Part shown: positions 8,000 through 15,591 of the stretch, piece by piece
Numbering within the stretch: position 1 is the stretch's first letter
Layout: every line of letters starts with the position of its first letter
Made by a program: the position numbers and the translations under genes
Assembly (NCBI GenBank): GCA_022360595.1
Contig: JAKSCN010000617.1
Coordinates: 1-36,272 of the forward strand
From: Chromatiales bacterium
Lineage (GTDB): Bacteria; Pseudomonadota; Gammaproteobacteria; Chromatiales; Chromatiaceae
DNA length: 36,272 nucleotides
Direction: 5' to 3'
The notes under the pieces: model-generated
Told to the model about the DNA's origin: nothing
Database searches by the model: none
The model's input: only the letters and a program-made list of their open reading frames with translations

Positions 8000-9562
8000 A
8001 TGCAAATTTCAGACCTGGTCGCTATTAAGCCGACACCACAGCTCTCTGCAGAGGAACTCAAGACTCAGGTGCTGGCCAACCTCCGGGCCGGACAGGTCTT
8101 GATAGCAAAGGTCGAAGCCGCAACAATCAACAACCAGGCGACACTACGTATCGGCACCAACCAGGTCACGGTAAAAACCACACTCCCGCTCAACTCAGGG
8201 GAGAACCTAACCTTGAATGTCGTCAAAACGGGAGAGCAACCGGAGTTTCAACGCGTCCGCCCAGATGATGCAGAGAGGATCAAAGCCAATGCCCTGCGAG
8301 ACATCCTGCCCAAGCAGGCTCCGGTAGCAAAACTCATAGGCAAACTGAACGCCCTGATTAACACCCCGCCGGGAGGCGGCAACACCAAGTTGCCGGTATT
8401 GCCAACAGCGCTGCAAACCACATTAACGGCACAACCCAAACTCGATGGCGCACCACAGAGCAACACGCCTCTGCCAATCAACCAAAAGCCGCCGATTGCC
8501 ATTAACATAGGGCCACCCACCCCGGCACAGTTGAAACCGCTGATAAACCTGCTTACCACAAGCAAGCCTATTCAGCCGCCTTCAGCACCGCCGCGTTTTG
8601 ACCTACAGGCCCTTACCGCTGCGTTACAAGCAACCGACAAGCCGCTTATCAACCAGGCCGCTATCACGAAAAGTGCAATACTGCTCTCTACACAACCACC
8701 AGCCCCTGCAATGCCACTCACGCTCACCAGCCAGTCACAAAGTGCAACACTACTACCGGCAAGCGTCGCCAACCCACTGCCCAGCACAGCAATGCCTCAA
8801 CAGACAGAGCTGGCGATAACAAAAAGCCCGTTTGAGACCCATGTGATCAATGAGATAAAAACAGTGCTCAGCCAGATCACCCTCGATGAAAAAGGAATCT
8901 CCCCAGAGCGGCTGCGTCAAACCCTGGAGCTATCGGGACTGTTTTTAGAAAGTAAACTGGCGCTTGGTACGCCACCAACAACCGACCTCAAATCAAGCCT
9001 GCTGCGCCTACTCTTCTCAATAAAAAATCCAGCATCGGCAACCACCACGCAAGCAGCGCAAGCTCAGGCACATGCAGCGATGGGCGCACCCAAAGGGCTG
9101 GCCACCGAACTGATCAATCAACTGGAGGGTGCCTTAGCGCGGGTCAGCATGAACCAACTGGCATCGGTACCCAGTGAAGCCGAAAACCGCCAAGTATGGC
9201 AGTACGAAATCCCGCTTCAGCATCGGGAAGAGACCTCCAGCATCATGGTGAGAATCGAACGCGAGGCAAAACCGGGCACGCCGCCCGAACACGCGGCCTG
9301 GAAGGTTGACCTCAACTTCAATCTGGAGCCCATCGGCCCCATGCACGTGAAACTCGGGCTATTGCAGGATGAAATCAGCAGCCACTTTATTGCCGAACGC
9401 AAGCAGAGCAGCAAGCTGATCGAACTGGCCCTGCCAAAACTCGATGCCGCCTTTGTTCGAGCGGGCCTGCGGGTAAAAAAATTGAGCGTACGCCAGGGCA
9501 ACGCCACACCTCCCACCTTAACCCCCAACATCGCCCACCGAATCGTGGATGAAAAGGCATGA
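8000..9562 (+). CDS. FliK-like protein (flagellar hook-length control family, C-terminal Flg_hook domain)
   Basis: 520 aa. The central region is long, Pro/Gln/Thr/Ala-rich and of low complexity. The C-terminal ~100 aa (VWQYEIPLQHREETSSIMVRIERE..WKVDLNFNLEPIGPMHVKLGLLQDEISSHFIAERKQSSKLIELALPKLDAAFVRAGLRV) has the pattern of the FliK C-terminal domain. The stop overlaps the next start (ATGA). Confidence 0.7.
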   Translation: MQISDLVAIKPTPQLSAEELKTQVLANLRAGQVLIAKVEAATINNQATLRIGTNQVTVKTTLPLNSGENLTLNVVKTGEQPEFQRVRPDDAERIKANALRDILPKQAPVAKLIGKLNALINTPPGGGNTKLPVLPTALQTTLTAQPKLDGAPQSNTPLPINQKPPIAINIGPPTPAQLKPLINLLTTSKPIQPPSAPPRFDLQALTAALQATDKPLINQAAITKSAILLSTQPPAPAMPLTLTSQSQSATLLPASVANPLPSTAMPQQTELAITKSPFETHVINEIKTVLSQITLDEKGISPERLRQTLELSGLFLESKLALGTPPTTDLKSSLLRLLFSIKNPASATTTQAAQAQAHAAMGAPKGLATELINQLEGALARVSMNQLASVPSEAENRQVWQYEIPLQHREETSSIMVRIEREAKPGTPPEHAAWKVDLNFNLEPIGPMHVKLGLLQDEISSHFIAERKQSSKLIELALPKLDAAFVRAGLRVKKLSVRQGNATPPTLTPNIAHRIVDEKA

Positions 9563-9846
9563 GTGAAACCTACACCCAAACCCCAGATGTGGCCGTCGCC
9601 CTACTCTACGATGGAGAGAACGCTCCACGCATAACGGCAAAAGGTAAAGGCGCCATCGCCGAGCAGATATTTGCACTGGCCGAGAAGCACAACATCCCCT
9701 TAGAGAACGACCCGGAACTGGCGGCAATTCTGGCGCAAATCCCATTGGGTGATGAGATTCCAGAGAACCTCTACCGCGCCATTGCCGAGGTCATCGCTTT
9801 CGCTTACATGATCTCCGGTAAAACACCACCTGGTTATAAACGTTAA
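9559..9846 (+). CDS. FlhB C-terminal-domain-like protein (EscU/YscU/HrcU family, short stand-alone form)
   Basis: 95 aa. VAVALLYDGENAPRITAKGKGAIAEQIFALAEKHNIPLENDPELAAILAQIPLGDEIPENLYRAIAEVIAFAY aligns by eye with the FlhB segment that follows the NPTH autocleavage site. No NPTH motif and no membrane domain are present. Confidence 0.8.
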   Translation: MSETYTQTPDVAVALLYDGENAPRITAKGKGAIAEQIFALAEKHNIPLENDPELAAILAQIPLGDEIPENLYRAIAEVIAFAYMISGKTPPGYKR

Positions 9847-10039
9847 AACACACTTCTCCATTCCTTCATTGCTGTTTCTCTGATAATCTCCGTGCATCCA
9901 TGGAATATTTACCTCGGCAGGAGGCCCATCACCGCCCTTTCTCCCCAAGACAATAAACCCAGTCAATTAACGGCACTTGTATGGACACAACTAGCAAATT
10001 ATTCCTATATCTAGATTAGCAATAAAATGGGGGTTTAAG

Positions 10040-10555
10040 ATGGAATTACCTGATACTTTTGCAGCCATAGACATTGAAACGACTGGTTTGGGCAACTGGG
10101 ATAGGATCATTGAAGTAGCCGTTGTCAAATGTCATTGTCGAAAAGTGATAAAAAAATATCACACTCTTGTATATACAGAAAAAAAGATCAGTGAGAAGGC
10201 TAGAGAGGTAAATGGAATATCACAGGGAATGCTTGAAGATAAACCACAGATATGGGAAGCGCTCATCACAGTCAAGAAAATTGTCGGTAATACTCCTCTA
10301 ATAGCTCACAATGCTATCTTTGATAAAAAATTTATAACCCGAGCGGCAAAAGGATGCAGGATACCATTTGAGAATAATTGGATTGATACTGTTCCAATTG
10401 CAAGAAAACTTTTACCCGGCCTGGAATCATATAAACTCGAGGTAATTGCAAATGCCCTTTGTCTCGAAGGGCATTATCACAGAGCGCTTGATGATGCAAT
10501 GATGACTGCAAAAATATATATGGATTTTCTGGAAATGGCAGATGAAGAATTCTAA
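10040..10555 (+). CDS. Stand-alone DEDDh 3'-5' exonuclease (DnaQ / Pol III epsilon-like fold)
   Basis: 171 aa. Exo I is AAIDIETTG, Exo II is LIAHNAIFDKKF, and Exo III is HRALDDAMMTAKIY (H-x4-D). G+C is markedly low: three 60-nt lines I counted gave 28%, 38% and 38%, against 57% for a line in fliI. Confidence 0.8.
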   Translation: MELPDTFAAIDIETTGLGNWDRIIEVAVVKCHCRKVIKKYHTLVYTEKKISEKAREVNGISQGMLEDKPQIWEALITVKKIVGNTPLIAHNAIFDKKFITRAAKGCRIPFENNWIDTVPIARKLLPGLESYKLEVIANALCLEGHYHRALDDAMMTAKIYMDFLEMADEEF

Positions 10556-10587
10556 TAAACTGATTTAGCTTTAACACCACAACTACA

Positions 10588-11058
10588 TCAATCAGTAAGC
10601 AGCTCAGGCTTCACTATCCAGTTGACGCCCCAGTTACCCAATTCATCCCTCTCTACACAGGCGATGGTTCCTGGTGTGAAATTTACCAACGGAGTTTCAA
10701 CCCGGGATACCACCAGAGATGAGACTAACTGACTAAGAAACGGTAGATGCCCAACTATCAAGGTTTCATAAGAGAGATCGGTGACGATTTCAATGATGGG
10801 TTCGATGGAGTCGTTCGGGTTAAGTCCGAGTAGTTCAGTAGGCTGGCTCTGCTTCATAATAGCCTCCGCCATAATCTCGCCTGTCTGTCGCGCCCGGGTT
10901 TTACCGCTGTGAAACAGATAATCCACTCGTACGCCGGCCTGCTGGGTAAACGCTGCAATGAGCTTGACATCCCCCTTACCGTGCTCACTTAAAGGGCGAT
11001 CGGGATCCTCACTCTTATCCACTGCCAATCCGTGCTGCATGAGATAGAGTTTCATCAT
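10588..11058 (-). CDS. sixA: SixA-like phosphohistidine phosphatase (histidine phosphatase superfamily) with a variant QHG motif
   Basis: 156 aa and collinear with E. coli SixA. MKLYLMQHGLA corresponds to MQVFIMRHGDA, HSGKTRARQT to SPFLRAEQT, and LIVGHLPF to LVISHMPL. The Arg of the RHG motif is Gln here. Confidence 0.7.
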   Translation of the reverse strand: MMKLYLMQHGLAVDKSEDPDRPLSEHGKGDVKLIAAFTQQAGVRVDYLFHSGKTRARQTGEIMAEAIMKQSQPTELLGLNPNDSIEPIIEIVTDLSYETLIVGHLPFLSQLVSSLVVSRVETPLVNFTPGTIACVERDELGNWGVNWIVKPELLTD

Positions 11059-11194
11059 TCACCTCCATTTATTAATAGTTTCTCCAGTTTCCATTTATCC
11101 ACCAAAATTTGCATGACTGGTAGAACTACATATAGACCAACTCAGAAAAGTTGTCTTTTTCCACTGCGAAAAATGGCGACCGGTTCATTATCTT

Positions 11195-12004
11195 GTGCTA
11201 GTTGTTAAGTATATATTTCATTCAGTAGGTGGTTATTTGAAACAGATTGATCCCCACCCCATCGTCAAGCACCAGGCTGAGTTTCGCTTCTACCAGGAGC
11301 TGAATGACTTCCTGCCTGCCGATTTGAGGAAGAGAAGCTTTATCCATGAATTTATTGGTCAACCCGCCATCAAAGACACCATTGAAGCCATCGGTATACC
11401 TCACACAGAGATCGATCTGATCCTGGTTGAGGGTACTTCTGTAGGCTTCAATCACAGGATATATGGTGGGGAACGTATTGCTGTCTACCCAATGTTTGAA
11501 AGCCTGGACATCTCGCCATTGATACGCCTGCGCCCTAAACCCTTGAGAGTTCCCCGCTTTATTGCCGATGTGAACTTGGGGCGATTGGCCAACTATCTGC
11601 GCATACTGGGCTTCGACACCTATTACGAAAACCGGCAGGATGATCATGAAATCGTCGAGCGCTCAGTATCCGAACAACGCATCATTCTTACCCGTGATCT
11701 TGGCGTGCTGAAGCACGGCCAAGTGACCCACGGCTACTGGGTACGTAACAGACAACCACTCAAGCAGGTGGAAGAGGTTCTCCGAGCACTGCAACTTGAA
11801 AAAAGCGTGCGCCCCTTTTCCCGTTGCTCGGCATGCAACGGCGGGCTGCGCCACGCAACCCCTGCGGAGCTTCAAGAGGAACTACCGGAATTTGCCCGGG
11901 ATAGCTACGATACCTTTTTTGTGTGTCGATCTTGCGCCAAGATTTACTGGAGAGGATCGCACTATGATCGACTCTGTGAGTGGATTGACAGGTTAATGAG
12001 TTGA
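11195..12004 (+). CDS. Mut7-C family protein: ubiquitin-like N-terminal domain + PIN-like Mut7-C nuclease domain + C-terminal zinc ribbon
   Basis: 269 aa from a GTG start. FIADVNLGRLANYLRILGFDT..ILTRD matches the Mut7-C (DUF82) core. The C terminus reads CSACNG..(27 aa)..CRSCAKIYWRGSHY. The N-terminal ~90 aa (FRFYQELNDFLP..IDLILVEG..RIAVYP) resembles the Ub-Mut7C beta-grasp. The exact start is uncertain. Confidence 0.7.
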   Translation: MLVVKYIFHSVGGYLKQIDPHPIVKHQAEFRFYQELNDFLPADLRKRSFIHEFIGQPAIKDTIEAIGIPHTEIDLILVEGTSVGFNHRIYGGERIAVYPMFESLDISPLIRLRPKPLRVPRFIADVNLGRLANYLRILGFDTYYENRQDDHEIVERSVSEQRIILTRDLGVLKHGQVTHGYWVRNRQPLKQVEEVLRALQLEKSVRPFSRCSACNGGLRHATPAELQEELPEFARDSYDTFFVCRSCAKIYWRGSHYDRLCEWIDRLMS

Positions 12005-12022
12005 GACCGATTCGATGAATAA

Positions 12023-12460
12023 CTAGCTCCTGCCTCTCCCTCGTTGGTTCCGGTCGTCCGTCTCTTTTTGATCTTTCTTTTCACTGGCTCTATTTTCAGC
12101 CGTAGTATAGCGGTCCATCACTTTGTTGAGCACCTTGGTTCTAACATGTTTATGCTGCCACTGCTCTTTTTTGGTGCTGCAATCGCTTTTGCTGGCAAGT
12201 ACGATCTTCTCCTGCTCCGCAATGGCCAGCTCCAGTTTGCTGATAAAGGCACGATACTCCAGTAGCTGGGAGGCAGACATACCCTGACGCGCACTGCTTT
12301 CAAACTGTTCCAGGTACTCACGGTGGTAGCGTTTAAGCTCTTCGAGTTTGGACTCCTGATCACGCACATTGCGTTGGGAGTTCCCCAGCTCTTTAGCGGC
12401 ATTCTGCTCACGAGATTTGGCCACACGCTGTACCGGCTTAAAACGTTTTGATGGCGCCAT
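12023..12460 (-). CDS. fliJ: Flagellar export chaperone FliJ
   Basis: 145 aa, coiled-coil and charged (KPVQRVAKSREQNAAKELGNSQRNVRDQESKLEELKRYHREY). It lies immediately downstream of fliI. Confidence 0.85.
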   Translation of the reverse strand: MAPSKRFKPVQRVAKSREQNAAKELGNSQRNVRDQESKLEELKRYHREYLEQFESSARQGMSASQLLEYRAFISKLELAIAEQEKIVLASKSDCSTKKEQWQHKHVRTKVLNKVMDRYTTAENRASEKKDQKETDDRNQRGRGRS

Positions 12461-12522
12461 GTATTACTATCCTATGGTTACTGCTTTTATAAAAATGGTC
12501 TACTAGGGCCTGTTAAAGTTTT

Positions 12523-13893
12523 TTAGACCGTTTCGATCTCTTCTTGCGGATTAAACATACCAATGAGATGACCGATACTCTCCTCCAGCGAAACGGGGGT
12601 ATTCATCCCTTGGCGCAGAAACTCTTCCAATACAGGAATCGCTTCTATCGCGGCGTCAATGCGTTCATCAGAGCCACGCTCATACGCGCCCACACTGATC
12701 AGGTCCTGGTTCTGACGATAAATGGAGTAGAGCTGTTTGAAACCGCGTGCCGCTTCAACATGCTGTGCACTGGCGATGCCGCTCATGGCGCGGCTGATCG
12801 ACGCTTCTATATCAATGGCCGGATAGTGGCCACTATCGGCCAACTGCCGGGATAGCACGATATGGCCATCCAGAATGGCTCGCGCCGCATCCGCGATGGG
12901 GTCATTCTGATCATCCCCTTCGGTGAGCACGGTATAGAAGGCAGTGATCGAGCCGCCTCCCTTATCGCCGTTGCCGGCACGCTCCACCAGTTGTGGCAGT
13001 TTGGCAAAAACCGAGGGGGGATAGCCCTTGGTCGCAGGGGGTTCATGAATCGCCAGGGCAATCTCACGTTGCGCTTGCGAATAGCGTGTCAGAGAGTCCA
13101 TCAACAGCAGGACCTGTTTGCCTTGATCGCGGAAATGCTCGGCAATACTGGTGGCCAGCATTGCACCGTGCATACGGCGTAGCGGCGGATTGTCGGCGGG
13201 AACAGCAACGACCACCGCGCGGGCCATCCCCTCTTCCCCGAGAATGTTTTCAACAAACTCTTTTACCTCACGGCCACGTTCACCAATCAGCGCCACAACC
13301 GTGATATCGGCATTGGTGTATTTGGTCATCATGCCGAGCAACACACTCTTGCCCACACCTGAGCCAGCAAACAGCCCCAGTCGTTGGCCGCGTCCCACAC
13401 TAAGTAATGCATTGATTGCCCGAACGCCCACATCCAAGGGCTCCTCAATCGGTGTGCGTGACAGCGGATTGAACGTTTCACCGGTGAGCGAGCGGCGCTC
13501 TGAAGAGAGAATCGGACCTTTACCGTCCAACGGCTTACCAGCACCATCAATGACACGTCCCAACAGGTGATCGCCTACGGTTGCCTCACACACTTTGCCG
13601 GTGGGTACAACCCGCGCGTCCTGTTCCAGGCCACGGATATCGCCGGTGGGCATCAGATAGAGGCTTTCGCCAGAGAAGCCCACCACTTCGGCTTCTATTT
13701 TGTCACCGTTACTGCTGATCACGTCGCACTGACCGCCAATGGCGGCGCGACAGCCGATTGCTTCAAGTGTCAAGCCCACCATGCGGGTCAAACGCCCTTC
13801 CACCACCAGGCCACGGGTATCACCCAGCCGTTGATAACACTGTTCGATACGCTCTTTCCAAATAGCGTTCCGGTTGGCCTGGACCTGCGCCAT
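12523..13893 (-). CDS. fliI: Flagellum-specific ATPase FliI
   Basis: Walker A is GSGVGKS, and the F1/T3SS ATPase core is present (..[19 protein letters not shown]..). The ORF track starts at 13965. I prefer the ATG at 13893 (MAQVQANRN), one nt after the fliH stop (TGA at 13897..13895), which gives 456 aa. Confidence 0.9.
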   Translation of the reverse strand: MAQVQANRNAIWKERIEQCYQRLGDTRGLVVEGRLTRMVGLTLEAIGCRAAIGGQCDVISSNGDKIEAEVVGFSGESLYLMPTGDIRGLEQDARVVPTGKVCEATVGDHLLGRVIDGAGKPLDGKGPILSSERRSLTGETFNPLSRTPIEEPLDVGVRAINALLSVGRGQRLGLFAGSGVGKSVLLGMMTKYTNADITVVALIGERGREVKEFVENILGEEGMARAVVVAVPADNPPLRRMHGAMLATSIAEHFRDQGKQVLLLMDSLTRYSQAQREIALAIHEPPATKGYPPSVFAKLPQLVERAGNGDKGGGSITAFYTVLTEGDDQNDPIADAARAILDGHIVLSRQLADSGHYPAIDIEASISRAMSGIASAQHVEAARGFKQLYSIYRQNQDLISVGAYERGSDERIDAAIEAIPVLEEFLRQGMNTPVSLEESIGHLIGMFNPQEEIETV

Positions 13894-13894
13894 A

Positions 13895-14581
13895 TCAGCT
13901 ACCACCCTGCTCTGTTTGGTCTGACCCGGCCTCTGTTTCACGCTCATCACCCAACAGAGGAGCAATCAAGGCGGCCAGTCGTGATTCGAGGGTGGCATCA
14001 ACTTGTGAAGTTTCCGTGACCACACGGCAGCCACCACGCGCTAACACTGGGTCTTCAATGATCTCCCAGCCCATCTCATTCTCGGTCATCTCATAGACTT
14101 TACGCACCATAACCGCATCTTCCGGATGGAGCACAACACGAACATTGCGCGAAGCGATGGGGAGAATGGAGAGTGCCTCGCGCACCACGCCAATGATTTG
14201 GCCGGGATCGATTTTCATTTCACGGCGCACCAGTTGGCGCACCATTGAGATCACCAGATCAACGAGAGACTGCTCAACCTGATCATCAAGAATTTTCAGT
14301 GGAGATTCCAAGGTCTGCATCAGTTGATCAAACTGATTGGTCAACGCTTGAGCATCACCGCGCGCTTGCTCTAAGCCCTCTTTGTGGCCGAAGTCAAAGC
14401 CTTCTGCTTTCCCCTGTTCAAAGCCTTCGTCATACGCCTCTTTTTGCAGCTCTTCCAACTGTTCAGCGGTCAAGGGAGCTGTTTCATTGACATCGACATC
14501 CTGCTCGCCTCCCATAACGCTTGGGGGCATCCAGCTCTCGATGTTGTCATCGTCACCCGGTATGAATTTAGACGAACTCAT
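13895..14581 (-). CDS. fliH: Flagellar assembly protein FliH
   Basis: An acidic N terminus and a FliH-type C-terminal domain, positioned between fliG and fliI. The ATG at 14581 (MSSSKF) is preferred over the GTG at 14587. Either start overlaps the fliG 3' end. Confidence 0.85.
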   Translation of the reverse strand: MSSSKFIPGDDDNIESWMPPSVMGGEQDVDVNETAPLTAEQLEELQKEAYDEGFEQGKAEGFDFGHKEGLEQARGDAQALTNQFDQLMQTLESPLKILDDQVEQSLVDLVISMVRQLVRREMKIDPGQIIGVVREALSILPIASRNVRVVLHPEDAVMVRKVYEMTENEMGWEIIEDPVLARGGCRVVTETSQVDATLESRLAALIAPLLGDERETEAGSDQTEQGGS

Positions 14582-15587
14582 CGCCACCCGCGCCTCCTAA
14601 CATGATCTCACCCGCATCGGCCAGACGGCGAGTGACACTGAGAATCTCTTTCTGTGCCGCTTCAACATCGCTGAGACGCGCCGGCGGCGCCGCCTCAAGA
14701 TCGTCACGCAGCATCTCTGCCGCACGCTTCGACATGTTTTTGAAGATCTTCTCTTTCAGTGCCTCATCCGCCCCACGCAAGGCAAGCAGCAGTTGATCGG
14801 ATGCCACTTCACGCAGCAGAGTCTGGATGCCACGGTCATCGATATCGATGAGATTGTCAAAGACAAACATATTGTCTTGAATCTCTTGAGCCAGATCCTG
14901 GTCGGTGGTAGTGATCTGCTCCATGATGCTGCTCTCAATGGCGCCATCGACCAGGTTGAGAATATCAGAGGCGGTTTTGATCCCACCCAGGCTGGAGGAT
15001 TTGACGTTGTTGGCCCCGGTAAACTGCTTCTCAAGAATCTCATCCAGCTCTTTCAAAGCTGCCGGTTGAATACCATCCAGGGTGGCGATACGCATCACGA
15101 TATCGGGTCGCGCACGTTCAGGAAATTCGGAAAGCACGGCAGCCGCCTGATCGGAGTCGAGAAACGACAACACAATAGCGATAATCTGCGGATGTTCGAG
15201 ACGTATCAGCTCTGCGATGGAGCGCGGGTCCATCCACTTTAGCTGCTCCAGCCCCTTACTGTTGCGACCGAGCAGAATACGGTCGATCACCCCACCCGCT
15301 TTATCCGCTCCCAGGGCGGAGGTGAGTACGTTGCGGATATACTCATCGGAGTCCAGGCCCAGAGCGGTCTGGTCTCTCAAGGTCTTCACGAACGAGCGCA
15401 TCACCAACTCCATCTGAGTGGTGGTGACATTGGTCATCCCGGCCATCGCCAACCCCAACTCTTGCACCTCTTTAGGCCCCATGTGGGAGAGAATGGTGGC
15501 AGCATCGGTTTCCCCCAACGCCAGCATCAGAATAGCGGCACGCTCAATCCCGTTAATGTTTTTTAAATCGTCGTTCTCTTCAGACAT
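14568..15587 (-). CDS. fliG: Flagellar motor switch protein FliG
   Basis: 339 aa. INGIERAAILMLALGE.., ..MFVFDNL.., and a C-terminal charged-helix region (..SKRAAEMLRDDLE..) are typical of FliG. Confidence 0.95.
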   Translation of the reverse strand: MSEENDDLKNINGIERAAILMLALGETDAATILSHMGPKEVQELGLAMAGMTNVTTTQMELVMRSFVKTLRDQTALGLDSDEYIRNVLTSALGADKAGGVIDRILLGRNSKGLEQLKWMDPRSIAELIRLEHPQIIAIVLSFLDSDQAAAVLSEFPERARPDIVMRIATLDGIQPAALKELDEILEKQFTGANNVKSSSLGGIKTASDILNLVDGAIESSIMEQITTTDQDLAQEIQDNMFVFDNLIDIDDRGIQTLLREVASDQLLLALRGADEALKEKIFKNMSKRAAEMLRDDLEAAPPARLSDVEAAQKEILSVTRRLADAGEIMLGGAGGDEFV

Positions 15588-15591
15588 CTAT

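Noticed and set aside
10040-12004. Exonuclease + SixA-like + Mut7-C nuclease considered as a single novel defence or toxin system.
   Set aside because: The genes alternate in orientation, each has its own intergenic region, and they differ in base composition. Nothing in the sequence ties them into one unit. They are reported separately instead.
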